From the human T2T-CHM13v2.0 reference genome, Homo sapiens: a stretch of 64,000 nucleotides of DNA. A model generated the notes under the pieces. That model saw only the letters and a program-made list of their open reading frames with translations, had not been told where the DNA came from and did no database searches. Location of the stretch: assembly GCF_009914755.1 (NCBI RefSeq), contig NC_060948.1. One strand, given 5' to 3'. Shown piece after piece: positions 28,412 to 43,389 of this stretch (position 1 is the first letter of the stretch; the number at the start of each line of letters is the position of its first letter). The position numbers were made by a program, and so were the translations under genes.

Positions 28412-31400
28412 TGGAAAGGAATGCAATGATTTGGCATGGAATGGAATCGAATGGCATCGAATGGAATGGAATGGAATGCAATGGAATGGAATGTATTAGA
28501 ATGTAATGAACTTTAATGGAATGTACTCGAATGGATTCGACTGGAATGGAATGTTGTGGAAGTGAATGGACTCCAATGGAATGGATTCCAAAGGAATGGA
28601 ATCGTACGGAATGGAATCTAATGGAATGGAATTAAATGGAAATGAATCAAATTGAATAGCACGGAATTGAATTGAATGGAATGGAATGCAATGGAATCTA
28701 ATGAAACGGAAAGGAAAGGAATGGAATGGAATGGAATGGGCTGGAATGGAAAGGAATCGAAACGAATGGAATGGAATCGAACTGAAGAGACTGGAATGGA
28801 ATGCACTGGAATGGAAGGGAGTGTAATGGAAGGTTCTCGAAAAAAATGGAATCGAATGGAATGGAATTGAATGGAACGGAATAGAGTCGAATGGAATTGA
28901 ATGGAATGGAATGGACTAGAGTGAAATGGAATCGAACCACAAGGAATGGAGAGGAATAGAATGGTCTCGAATTGAATGGAATCGTATGGAATGGCATCAA
29001 ACGGAATGGAATGGACAGCCACGGAATGGAATGCACTCGAATGCAATGGAGTCGAAACTAATGGACTGGAATAGAATGGACTCGACTGGTACGGACTCCA
29101 ATGGAATGGAATCGAATGGAAGGGAATCGAACGGAATGGACTCGAAGGGAAAAGACTGCAATGGAAAGGTCTCGAATGGAATGGAAATTAATGGAATGGA
29201 ATGGAATCGAATGAAATGGAGTCAAAAGGAATGGAATCGAATGGCAACAAATCGAATGTAATGGAATCGCAAGGAATTGATGTGAACGGAACGGAATGGA
29301 ATGGAATCCAAAGGAATGGAATAGAATGGAATGGAATCGAATGGAAAGGACTCGAATGGAAATCACTCGAATAGAATGCAATTTAATAAAATTGGATCAA
29401 ATTTAATGGAATGGAATGGAAAGGAATCGAAACGAAAGGAATGGAGACAGATGGAATGGAATGGAACAGAGAGCAATGGTATAGAATGGAATGGAATCAT
29501 CTGGAATGGAATTGAATGGAATGGAATAATATGAAATGGAATGGAATGGAATGGAATGGAATGCCCTTGAATTAAATGGACTGGAATGGAATGGACTCGA
29601 ACAGAGTGGAATGGAAAGTGTTGAGATAGAATGGAATGGACTCCTTTGGAATGGTGTAGTATGCAATGCAATCGACTGGCAGGGAATCAAAAGGAATGTA
29701 ATGTAATGGACTGGACTGGAATGCAATGGACTCGAATAGATTGGAAACGGAATGCAAAGGAATGGAATGGAATAGTATGGAATGGAATGGAAAGGAATGG
29801 AGTGGAATAGACTAGAGTGGAATGGAATGGACTGGAAAGCAATGGACTGGAATGGAACTTTCTTGAATGGACTAGAATCAAACGGAATGGAATGCAATGC
29901 AATCAAATGGCATGGAATAAAATAGAATGAAAGAGAATCAAATGGAATTGAATCGAATGGAATCGAATGGATTGGAAAGGAATAGAATGGAATGGAATGG
30001 AATTGACTCAAATGGAATGGACTAGAATGGAATGGATTCGAATGGAAGGCAAAGGAATGGAATCTATTGGAATGGACTGTAATGGAATGGAATGGAAGGG
30101 ATTGGAATGGACTCGAATGGAATGGACTGCAATAGAAAGGATTCGAATGGAATGAAAAAGAATTGAATGGAATAGAACAGAATGGAATCAAATCGAATGA
30201 AATGGAATGGAATAGAAAGGAATGGAATGAAATGGAATGGAAAGGATTCGAATGGAATGCAATCGAATGGAATGGAATCGAACGGAATGGAATAAAATGG
30301 AAGAAAACTGGCAAGAAATGGAATCGAAATGAATGGAGTGTTATGGAACGGACTCAAAAGGAATTGAATGTAATAGAATGGAGTGGAGTGGACTCGAATA
30401 TAATGGACTGGAATGGAATGAAATCACATGGAATGGGAACGAATGGAATGGAATGGAAAGGAATGGAATCGAATGGAAAGGAATCGAATGGAAGGGAATG
30501 AAATTGAATCAACAGGAATGGAAGGGAATAGAATAGACGGTAATGGAATGGACTCGAATAGAATGGACATGAATGCTCAAATTGAATGGACTCGAATGGA
30601 ATGGAAACGAAAGGAATGTCATCGAATGGAATTGAATCGATTGGAATGAAATCGCATAGAATGGAGTGGAATCAAATGGAATTGAATCGAAAGGAAAGGA
30701 AGCGAATGGACTGAAATGAAATGGAATGGAATTGAATGGAAAGTAATGCAATGGAATAGAATGGAACGAAATTTCACGGAATGGAATCAAACTGAATGGA
30801 ATCAAATCAATGGAAGCCAATCAAATGGAATGGAAAGGAATTGAATGGAGTAGATTGGATTGGATGGGATTGGAATGAAATGTACTGGAAAGGACTCGAA
30901 TTTCATGAAACGGAATGGAATGAATTGGAACGGAATGGACTCGAATGCAATGGAATGTCATGGAATGGCATCAAATGGAATGGCATCAAATGGAATGGAA
31001 TCGAATGCAATGGAATGCTATGGAATGGAATGGAATGCATTGGAATGGAATGTCCTCTAATGGAATGGATTCGAGTGGAATGGAATCGAATATAATGGAG
31101 TCGAATGAAATGGAATTGAAAGGAATGGGATCGAATACAATGGAATATACTGGAATGTAATGTAATGAACTCGAATGTAATTGACTGGAATGGAATGTAC
31201 ATGAATGGAATGTAATCGAATGGAAAGTAATCCAATGGAATAGAATCTAATGCAATAAAATCGACTCAGATAGAGTAGAATGTAATGGAATGGAGTGCAG
31301 TGCAATGGAATGGAATGGAATGGAATGCAATGGAATGGAATGGAATGGAATGGAATGGAATTTAATGGAATGGGATGGAATGGTATGGAATGGATAGTAA

Positions 31401-31974
31401 TGGACTGGAGTGAAATGGACTGGAAAGGAATGGACTCAAATTGAAAGGGCTCGAAAGGAATGGAGTCAAATGGAATGGTCTGGAATGGAATGAACACGAA
31501 TGTAATGCAATCCAATAGAATGGTATCGAATGGCATGGAATATAAAGAAATGGAATCGAAGAGAATGGAAACAAATGGAATGGAATTGAATGGAATGGAA
31601 TTGAATGGAATGGGAACGAATGGAGTGAAATTGTATGCAGTAGAAGGTAATAGAATGGAATGCAAGCGAAAGGAAAGGAATGGATTGGAATGGAATGGAA
31701 TTCATTGGAATGGAAGGGAATGTAGTGTAATGGACAGGTCTGGAATAAAGTGGAATGCTACGGTCTCAATGGAATAAAAATGTATGGAATGGAATGCAAT
31801 GAAACGGAATCGAATGTCATAGAATGTAATGGAATGCAACAAAATGGAATCCAAAATCATTGACTGGAAAGGCTGGGTGTCGAAAGGAATTGACTCCAAT
31901 GGAATGGAATCGAATGGAATGGAAGTGAATAGAATCGAACTAAATCGAATGGAATGGAATTGATAGGAACGGAA
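28412..31974 (+). repeat. DYZ1 monomer 9 (3563 bp), B-body/A-tail
   Basis: Markers GGAGAGGAATAG, GGAAGCCAATC, GGAATTTAAT, GGTC, and 1-bp deletion GGTCTCAATGG. Confidence 0.88.
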
Positions 31975-34126
31975 TGGAAAGGAATGCAATGATTTGGCAT
32001 GGAATGGAATCGAATGGCATCGAATGGAATGGAATGGAATGCAATGGAATGGAATGTATTAGAATGTAATGAACTTTAATGGAATGTACTCGAATGGATT
32101 CGACTGGAATGGAATGTTCTGGAAGTGAATGGACTCCAATGGAATGGATTCCAAAGGAATGGAATCGTACGGAATGGAATCTAATGGAATGGAATTAAAT
32201 GGAAATGAATCAAATTGAATAGCACGGAATTGAATTGAATGGAATGGAATGCAATGGAATCTAATGAAACGGAAAGGAAAGGAATGGAATGGAATGGAAT
32301 GGGCTGGAATGGAAAGGAATCGAAACGAATGGAATGGAATCGAACTGAAGAGACTGGAATGGAATGCACTGGAATGGAAGGGAGTGTAATGGAAGGTTCT
32401 CGAAAAAAATGCAATCGAATGGAATGGAATCGAACGGAATGGAATAAAATGGAAGAAAACTGGCAAGAAATGGAATCGAAATGAATGGAGTGTTATGGAA
32501 CGGACTCAAAAGGAATTGAATGTAATAGAATGGAGTGGAGTGGACTCGAATATAATGGACTGGAATGGAATGAAATCACATGGAATGGGAACGAATGGAA
32601 TGGAATGGAAAGGAATGGAATCGAATGGAAAGGAATCGAATGGAAGGGAATGAAATTGAATCAACAGGAATGGAAGGGAATAGAATAGACGGTAATGGAA
32701 TGGACTCGAATAGAATGGACATGAATGCTCAAATTGAATGGACTCGAATGGAATGGAAACGAAAGGAATGTCATCGAATGGAATTGAATCGATTGGAATG
32801 AAATCGCATAGAATGGAGTGGAATCAAATGGAATTGAATAGAAAGGAAAGGAAGCGAATGGACTGAAATGAAATGGAATGGAATTGAATGGAAAGTAATG
32901 CAATGGAATAGAATGGAACGAAATTTCACGGAATGGAATCAAACTGAATGGAATCAAATCAATGGAAGCCAATCAAATGGAATGGAAAGGAATTGAATGG
33001 AGTAGATTGGATTGGATGGGATTGGAATGAAATGTACTGGAAAGGACTCGAATTTCATGAAACGGAATGGAATGAATTGGAACGGAATGGACTCGAATGC
33101 AATGGAATGTCATGGAATGGCATCAAATGGAATGGCATCAAATGGAATGGAATCGAATGCAATGGAATGCTATGGAATGGAATGGAATGCATTGGAATGG
33201 AATGTCCTCTAATGGAATGGATTCGAGTGGAATGGAATCGAATATAATGGAGTCGAATGAAATGGAATTGAAAGGAATGGGATCGAATACAATGGAATAT
33301 ACTGGAATGTAATGTAATGAACTCGAATGTAATTGACTGGAATGGAATGTACATGAATGGAATGTAATCGAATGGAAAGTAATCCAATGGAATAGAATCT
33401 AATGCAATAAAATCGACTCAGATAGAGTAGAATGTAATGGAATGGAGTGCAGTGCAATGGAATGGAATGGAATGGAATGCAATGGAATGGAATGGAATGG
33501 AATGGAATGGAATTTAATGGAATGGGATGGAATGGTATGGAATGGATAGTAATGGACTGGAGTGAAATGGACTGGAAAGGAATGGACTCAAATTGAAAGG
33601 GCTCGAAAGGAATGGAGTCAAATGGAATGGTCTGGAATGGAATGAACACGAATGTAATGCAATCCAATAGAATGGTATCGAATGGCATGGAATATAAAGA
33701 AATGGAATCGAAGAGAATGGAAACAAATGGAATGGAATTGAATGGAATGGAATTGAATGGAATGGGAACGAATGGAGTGAAATTGTATGCAGTAGAAGGT
33801 AATAGAATGGAATGCAAGCGAAAGGAAAGGAATGGATTGGAATGGAATGGAATTCATTGGAATGGAAGGGAATGTAGTGTAATGGACAGGTCTGGAATAA
33901 AGTGGAATGCTACGGTCTCAATGGAATAAAAATGTATGGAATGGAATGCAATGAAACGGAATCGAATGTCATAGAATGTAATGGAATGCAACAAAATGGA
34001 ATCCAAAATCATTGACTGGAAAGGCTGGGTGTCGAAAGGAATTGACTCCAATGGAATGGAATCGAATGGAATGGAAGTGAATAGAATCGAACTAAATCGA
34101 ATGGAATGGAATTGATAGGAACGGAA
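31975..34126 (+). repeat. Internally deleted DYZ1 monomer 10 (2152 bp; 1411-bp deletion)
   Basis: Junction GGTTCTCGAAAAAAATG|CAATCGAATGG...GGAAGAAAACTGGC at 32411/32412 joins monomer position ~437 to ~1849. Confidence 0.93.
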
Positions 34127-37100
34127 TGGAAAGGAATGCAATGATTTGGCATGGAATGGAATCGAATGGCATCGAATGGAATGGAATGGAATGCAATGGA
34201 ATGGAATGTATTAGAATGTAATGAACTTTAATGGAATGTACTCGAATGGATTCGACTGGAATGGAATGTTCTGGAAGTGAATGGACTCCAATGGAATGGA
34301 TTCCAAAGGAATGGAATCGTACGGAATGGAATCTAATGGAATGGAATTAAATGGAAATGAATCAAATTGAATAGCACGGAATTGAATTGAATGGAATGGA
34401 ATGCAATGGAATCTAATGAAACGGAAAGGAAAGGAATGGAATGGAATGGAATGGGCTGGAATGGAAAGGAATCGAAACGAATGGAATGGAATCGAACTGA
34501 AGAGACTGGAATGGAATGCACTGGAATGGAAGGGAGTGTAATGGAAGGTTCTCGAAAAAAATGGAATCGAATGGAATGGAATTGAATGGAACGGAATAGA
34601 GTCGAATGGAATTGAATGGAATGGAATGGACTAGAGTGAAATGGAATCGAACCACAAGGAATGGAGAGGAATAGAATGGTCTCGAATTGAATGGAATCGT
34701 ATGGAATGGCATCAAACGGAATGGAATGGACAGCCACGGAATGGAATGCACTCGAATGCAATGGAGTCGAAACTAATGGACTGGAATAGAATGGACTCGA
34801 CTGGTACGGACTCCAATGGAATGGAATCGAATGGAAGGGAATCGAACGGAATGGACTCGAAGGGAAAAGACTGCAATGGAAAGGTCTCGAATGGAATGGA
34901 AATTAATGGAATGGAATGGAATCGAATGAAATGGAGTCAAAAGGAATGGAATCGAATGGCAACAAATCGAATGTAATGGAATCGCAAGGAATTGATGTGA
35001 ACGGAACGGAATGGAATGGAATCCAAAGGAATGGAATAGAATGGAATGGAATCGAATGGAAAGGACTCGAATGGAAATCACTCGAATAGAATGCAATTTA
35101 ATAAAATTGGATCAAATGTAATGGAATGGAATGGAAAGGAATCGAAACGAAAGGAATGGAGACAGATGGAATGGAATGGAACAGAGAGCAATGGTATAGA
35201 ATGGAATGGAATCATCTGGAATGGAATTGAATGGAATGGAATAATATGAAATGGAATGGAATGGAATGGAATGGAATGCCCTTGAATTAAATGGACTGGA
35301 ATGGAATGGACTCGAACAGAGTGGAATGGAAAGTGTTGAGATAGAATGGAATGGACTCCTTTGGAATGGTGTAGTATGCAATGCAATCGACTGGCAGGGA
35401 ATCAAAAGGAATGTAATGTAATGGACTGGACTGGAATGCAATGGACTCGAATAGATTGGAAACGGAATGCAAAGGAATGGAATGGAATAGTATGGAATGG
35501 AATGGAAAGGAATGGAGTGGAATAGACTAGAGTGGAATGGAATGGACTGGAAAGCAATGGACTGGAATGGAACTTTCTTGAATGGACTAGAATCAAACGG
35601 AATGGAATGCAATGCAATCAAATGGCATGGAATAAAATAGAATGAAAGAGAATCAAATGGAATTGAATCGAATGGAATCGAATGGATTGGAAAGGAATAG
35701 AATGGAATGGAATGGAATTGACTCAAATGGAATGGACTAGAATGGAATGGATTCGAATGGAAGGCAAAGGAATGGAATCTATTGGAATGGACTGTAATGG
35801 AATGGAATGGAAGGGATTGGAATGGACTCGAATGGAATGGACTGCAATAGAAAGGATTCGAATGGAATGAAAAAGAATTGAATGGAATAGAACAGAATGG
35901 AATCAAATCGAATGAAATGGAATGGAATAGAAAGGAATGGAATGAAATGGAATGGAAAGGATTCGAATGGAATGCAATCGAATGGAATGGAATCGAACGG
36001 AATGGAATAAAATGGAAGAAAACTGGCAAGAAATGGAATCGAAATGAATGGAGTGTTATGGAACGGACTCAAAAGGAATTGAATGTAATAGAATGGAGTG
36101 GAGTGGACTCGAATATAATGGACTGGAATGGAATGAAATCACATGGAATGGGAACGAATGGAATGGAATGGAAAGGAATGGAATCGAATGGAAAGGAATC
36201 GAATGGAAGGGAATGAAATTGAATCAACAGGAATGGAAGGGAATAGAATAGACGGTAATGGAATGGACTCGAATAGAATGGACATGAATGCTCAAATTGA
36301 ATGGACTCGAATGGAATGGAAACGAAAGGAATGTCATCGAATGGAATTGAATCGATTGGAATGAAATCGCATAGAATGGAGTGGAATCAAATGGAATTGA
36401 ATCGAAAGGAAAGGAAGCGAATGGACTGAAATGAAATGGAATGGAATTGAATGGAAAGTAATGCAATGGAATAGAATGGAACGAAATTTCACGGAATGGA
36501 ATCAAACTGAATGGAATCAAATCAATGGAAGCCAATCAAATGGAATGGAAAGGAATTGAATGGAGTAGATTGGATTGGATGGGATTGGAATGAAATGTAC
36601 TGGAAAGGACTCGAATTTCATGAAACGGAATGGAATGAATTGGAACGGAATGGACTCGAATGCAATGGAATGTCATGGAATGGCATCAAATGGAATGGCA
36701 TCAAATGGAATGGAATCGAATGCAATGGAATGCTATGGAATGGAATGGAATGCATTGGAATGGAATGTCCTCTAATGGAATGGATTCGAGTGGAATGGAA
36801 TCGAATATAATGGAGTCGAATGAAATGGAATTGAAAGGAATGGGATCGAATACAATGGAATATACTGGAATGTAATGTAATGAACTCGAATGTAATTGAC
36901 TGGAATGGAATGTACATGAATGGAATGTAATCGAATGGAAAGTAATCCAATGGAATAGAATCTAATGCAATAAAATCGACTCAGATAGAGTAGAATGTAA
37001 TGGAATGGAGTGCAGTGCAATGGAATGGAATGGAATGGAATGCAATGGAATGGAATGGAATGGAATGGAATGGAATTTAATGGAATGGGATGGAATGGTA

Positions 37101-37689
37101 TGGAATGGATAGTAATGGACTGGAGTGAAATGGACTGGAAAGGAATGGACTCAAATTGAAAGGGCTCGAAAGGAATGGAGTCAAATGGAATGGTCTGGAA
37201 TGGAATGAACACGAATGTAATGCAATCCAATAGAATGGTATCGAATGGCATGGAATATAAAGAAATGGAATCGAAGAGAATGGAAACAAATGGAATGGAA
37301 TTGAATGGAATGGAATTGAATGGAATGGGAACGAATGGAGTGAAATTGTATGCAGTAGAAGGTAATAGAATGGAATGCAAGCGAAAGGAAAGGAATGGAT
37401 TGGAATGGAATGGAATTCATTGGAATGGAAGGGAATGTAGTGTAATGGACAGGTCTGGAATAAAGTGGAATGCTACGGTCTCAATGGAATAAAAATGTAT
37501 GGAATGGAATGCAATGAAACGGAATCGAATGTCATAGAATGTAATGGAATGCAACAAAATGGAATCCAAAATCATTGACTGGAAAGGCTGGGTGTCGAAA
37601 GGAATTGACTCCAATGGAATGGAATCGAATGGAATGGAAGTGAATAGAATCGAACTAAATCGAATGGAATGGAATTGATAGGAACGGAA
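34127..37689 (+). repeat. DYZ1 monomer 11 (3563 bp), B-body/A-tail
   Basis: Near-identical to monomer 9 at an offset of 5715 bp. Confidence 0.88.
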
Positions 37690-39841
37690 TGGAAAGGAAT
37701 GCAATGATTTGGCATGGAATGGAATCGAATGGCATCGAATGGAATGGAATGGAATGCAATGGAATGGAATGTATTAGAATGTAATGAACTTTAATGGAAT
37801 GTACTCGAATGGATTCGACTGGAATGGAATGTTCTGGAAGTGAATGGACTCCAATGGAATGGATTCCAAAGGAATGGAATCGTACGGAATGGAATCTAAT
37901 GGAATGGAATTAAATGGAAATGAATCAAATTGAATAGCACGGAATTGAATTGAATGGAATGGAATGCAATGGAATCTAATGAAACGGAAAGGAAAGGAAT
38001 GGAATGGAATGGAATGGGCTGGAATGGAAAGGAATCGAAACGAATGGAATGGAATCGAACTGAAGAGACTGGAATGGAATGCACTGGAATGGAAGGGAGT
38101 GTAATGGAAGGTTCTCGAAAAAAATGCAATCGAATGGAATGGAATCGAACGGAATGGAATAAAATGGAAGAAAACTGGCAAGAAATGGAATCGAAATGAA
38201 TGGAGTGTTATGGAACGGACTCAAAAGGAATTGAATGTAATAGAATGGAGTGGAGTGGACTCGAATATAATGGACTGGAATGGAATGAAATCACATGGAA
38301 TGGGAACGAATGGAATGGAATGGAAAGGAATGGAATCGAATGGAAAGGAATAGAATGGAAGGGAATGAAATTGAATCAACAGGAATGGAAGGGAATAGAA
38401 TAGACGGTAATGGAATGGACTCGAATAGAATGGACATGAATGCTCAAATTGAATGGACTCGAATGGAATGGAAACGAAAGGAATGTCATCGAATGGAATT
38501 GAATCGATTGGAATGAAATCGCATAGAATGGAGTGGAATCAAATGGAATTGAATCGAAAGGAAAGGAAGCGAATGGACTGAAATGAAATGGAATGGAATT
38601 GAATGGAAAGTAATGCAATGGAATAGAATGGAACGAAATTTCACGGAATGGAATCAAACTGAATGGAATCAAATCAATGGAAGCCAATCAAATGGAATGG
38701 AAAGGAATTGAATGGAGTAGATTGGATTGGATGGGATTGGAATGAAATGTACTGGAAAGGACTCGAATTTCATGAAACGGAATGGAATGAATTGGAACGG
38801 AATGGACTCGAATGCAATGGAATGTCATGGAATGGCATCAAATGGAATGGCATCAAATGGAATGGAATCGAATGCAATGGAATGCTATGGAATGGAATGG
38901 AATGCATTGGAATGGAATGTCCTCTAATGGAATGGATTCGAGTGGAATGGAATCGAATATAATGGAGTCGAATGAAATGGAATTGAAAGGAATGGGATCG
39001 AATACAATGGAATATACTGGAATGTAATGTAATGAACTCGAATGTAATTGACTGGAATGGAATGTACATGAATGGAATGTAATCGAATGGAAAGTAATCC
39101 AATGGAATAGAATCTAATGCAATAAAATCGACTCAGATAGAGTAGAATGTAATGGAATGGAGTGCAGTGCAATGGAATGGAATGGAATGGAATGCAATGG
39201 AATGGAATGGAATGGAATGGAATGGAATTTAATGGAATGGGATGGAATGGTATGGAATGGATAGTAATGGACTGGAGTGAAATGGACTGGAAAGGAATGG
39301 ACTCAAATTGAAAGGGCTCGAAAGGAATGGAGTCAAATGGAATGGTCTGGAATGGAATGAACACGAATGTAATGCAATCCAATAGAATGGTATCGAATGG
39401 CATGGAATATAAAGAAATGGAATCGAAGAGAATGGAAACAAATGGAATGGAATTGAATGGAATGGAATTGAATGGAATGGGAACGAATGGAGTGAAATTG
39501 TATGCAGTAGAAGGTAATAGAATGGAATGCAAGCGAAAGGAAAGGAATGGATTGGAATGGAATGGAATTCATTGGAATGGAAGGGAATGTAGTGTAATGG
39601 ACAGGTCTGGAATAAAGTGGAATGCTACGGTCTCAATGGAATAAAAATGTATGGAATGGAATGCAATGAAACGGAATCGAATGTCATAGAATGTAATGGA
39701 ATGCAACAAAATGGAATCCAAAATCATTGACTGGAAAGGCTGGGTGTCGAAAGGAATTGACTCCAATGGAATGGAATCGAATGGAATGGAAGTGAATAGA
39801 ATCGAACTAAATCGAATGGAATGGAATTGATAGGAACGGAA
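37690..39841 (+). repeat. Internally deleted DYZ1 monomer 12 (2152 bp; same 1411-bp deletion)
   Basis: Identical junction at 38126/38127, 5715 bp after the first. Confidence 0.93.
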
Positions 39842-42800
39842 TGGAAAGGAATGCAATGATTTGGCATGGAATGGAATCGAATGGCATCGAATGGAATGGA
39901 ATGGAATGCAATGGAATGGAATGTATTAGAATGTAATGAACTTTAATGGAATGTACTCGAATGGATTCGACTGGAATGGAATGTTCTGGAAGTGAATGGA
40001 CTCCAATGGAATGGATTCCAAAGGAATGGAATCGTACGGAATGGAATCTAATGGAATGGAATTAAATGGAAATGAATCAAATTGAATAGCACGGAATTGA
40101 ATTGAATGGAATGGAATGCAATGGAATCTAATGAAACGGAAAGGAAAGGAATGGAATGGAATGGAATGGGCTGGAATGGAAAGGAATCGAAACGAATGGA
40201 ATGGAATCGAACTGAAGAGACTGGAATGGAATGCACTGGAATGGAAGGGAGTGTAATGGAAGGTTCTCGAAAAAAATGGAATCGAATGGAATGGAATTGA
40301 ATGGAACGGAATAGAGTCGAATGGAATTGAATGGAATGGAATGGACTAGAGTGAAATGGAATCGAACCACAAGGAATGGAGAGGAATAGAATGGTCTCGA
40401 ATTGAATGGAATCGTATGGAATGGCATCAAACGGAATGGAATGGACAGCCACGGAATGGAATGCACTCGAATGCAATGGAGTCGAAACTAATGGACTGGA
40501 ATAGAATGGACTCGACTGGTACGGACTCCAATGGAATGGAATCGAATGGAAGGGAATCGAACGGAATGGACTCGAAGGGAAAAGACTGCAATGGAAAGGT
40601 CTCGAATGGAATGGAAATTAATGGAATGGAATGGAATCGAATGAAATGGAGTCAAAAGGAATGGAATCGAATGGCAACAAATCGAATGTAATGGAATCGC
40701 AAGGAATTGATGTGAACGGAACGGAATGGAATGGAATCCAAAGGAATGGAATAGAATGGAATGGAATCGAATGGAAAGGACTCGAATGGAAATCACTCGA
40801 ATAGAATGCAATTTAATAAAATTGGATCAAATTTAATGGAATGGAATGGAAAGGAATCGAAACGAAAGGAATGGAGACAGATGGAATGGAATGGAACAGA
40901 GAGCAATGGTATAGAATGGAATGGAATCATCTGGAATGGAATTGAATGGAATGGAATAATATGAAATGGAATGGAATGGAATGGAATGGAATGCCCTTGA
41001 ATTAAATGGACTGGAATGGAATGGACTCGAACAGAGTGGAATGGAAAGTGTTGAGATAGAATGGAATGGACTCCTTTGGAATGGTGTAGTATGCAATGCA
41101 ATCGACTGGCAGGGAATCAAAAGGAATGTAATGTAATGGACTGGACTGGAATGCAATGGACTCGAATAGATTGGAAACGGAATGCAAAGGAATGGAATGG
41201 AATAGTATGGAATGGAATGGAAAGGAATGGAGTGGAATAGACTAGAGTGGAATGGAATGGACTGGAAAGCAATGGACTGGAATGGAACTTTCTTGAATGG
41301 ACTAGAATCAAACGGAATGGAATGCAATGCAATCAAATGGCATGGAATAAAATAGAATGAAAGAGAATCAAATGGAATTGAATCGAATGGAATCGAATGG
41401 ATTGGAAAGGAATAGAATGGAATGGAATGGAATTGACTCAAATGGAATGGACTAGAATGGAATGGATTCGAATGGAAGGCAAAGGAATGGAATCTATTGG
41501 AATGGACTGTAATGGAATGGAATGGAAGGGATTGGAATGGACTCGAATGGAATGGACTGCAATAGAAAGGATTCGAATGGAATGAAAAAGAATTGAATGG
41601 AATAGAACAGAATGGAATCAAATCGAATGAAATGGAATGGAATAGAAAGGAATGGAATGAAATGGAATGGAAAGGATTCGAATGGAATGCAATCGAATGG
41701 AATGGAATCGAACGGAATGGAATAAAATGGAAGAAAACTGGCAAGAAATGGAATCGAAATGAATGGAGTGTTATGGAACGGACTCAAAAGGAATTGAATG
41801 TAATAGAATGGAGTGGAGTGGACTCGAATATAATGGACTGGAATGGAATGAAATCACATGGAATGGGAACGAATGGAATGGAATGGAAAGGAATGGAATC
41901 GAATGGAAAGGAATCGAATGGAAGGGAATGAAATTGAATCAACAGGAATGGAAGGGAATAGAATAGACGGTAATGGAATGGACTCGAATAGAATGGACAT
42001 GAATGCTCAAATTGAATGGACTCGAATGGAATGGAAACGAAAGGAATGTCATCGAATGGAATTGAATCGATTGGAATGAAATCGCATAGAATGGAGTGGA
42101 ATCAAATGGAATTGAATCGAAAGGAAAGGAAGCGAATGGACTGAAATGAAATGGAATGGAATTGAATGGAAAGTAATGCAATGGAATAGAATGGAACGAA
42201 ATTTCACGGAATGGAATCAAACTGAATGGAATCAAATCAATGGAAGCCAATCAAATGGAATGGAAAGGAATTGAATGGAGTAGATTGGATTGGATGGGAT
42301 TGGAATGAAATGTACTTGAAAGGACTCGAATTTCATGAAACGGAATGGAATGAATTGGAACGGAATGGACTCGAATGCAATGGAATGTCATGGAATGGCA
42401 TCAAATGGAATGGCATCAAATGGAATGGAATCGAATGCAATGGAATGCTATGGAATGGAATGGAATGCATTGGAATGGAATGTCCTCTAATGGAATGGAT
42501 TCGAGTGGAATGGAATCGAATATAATGGAGTCGAATGAAATGGAATTGAAAGGAATGGGATCGAATACAATGGAATATACTGGAATGTAATGTAATGAAC
42601 TCGAATGTAATTGACTGGAATGGAATGTACATGAATGGAATGTAATCGAATGGAAAGTAATCCAATGGAATAGAATCTAATGCAATAAAATCGACTCAGA
42701 TAGAGTAGAATGTAATGGAATGGAGTGCAGTGCAATGGAATGGAATGGAATGGAATGCAATGGAATGGAATGGAATGGAATGGAATGGAATTTAATGGAA

Positions 42801-43389
42801 TGGGATGGAATGGTATGGAATGGATAGTAATGGACTGGAGTGAAATGGACTGGAAAGGAATGGACTCAAATTGAAAGGGCTCGAAAGGAATGGAGTCAAA
42901 TGGAATGGTCTGGAATGGAATGAACACGAATGTAATGCAATCCAATAGAATGGTATCGAATGGCATGGAATATAAAGAAATGGAATCGAAGAGAATGGAA
43001 ACAAATGGAATGGAATTGAATGGAATGGGAACGAATGGAGTGAAATTGTATGCAGTAGAAGGTAATAGAATGGAATGCAAGCGAAAGGAAAGGAATGGAT
43101 TGGAATGGAATGGAATTCATTGGAATGGAAGGGAATGTAGTGTAATGGACAGGTCTGGAATAAAGTGGAATGCTACGGTCTCAATGGAATAAAAATGTAT
43201 GGAATGGAATGCAATGAAACGGAATCGAATGTCATAGAATGTAATGGAATGCAACAAAATGGAATCCAAAATCATTGACTGGAAAGGCTGGGTGTCGAAA
43301 GGAATTGACTCCAATGGAATGGAATCGAATGGAATGGAAGTGAATAGAATCGAACTAAATCGAATGGAATGGAATTGATAGGAACGGAA
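39842..43389 (+). repeat. DYZ1 monomer 13 (3548 bp), B-body/A-tail
   Basis: Same private markers as monomers 9 and 11, plus -15 near 43015. Confidence 0.88.

Larger units (their letters stand above)
28412..39841 (+). repeat. 5715-bp higher-order repeat (full 3563 + deleted 2152 monomer) x2, continuing into monomer 13
   Basis: Deletion junctions and ORF-track landmarks recur at exactly +5715 (32239/37954; 28676/34391/40106). Confidence 0.85.
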
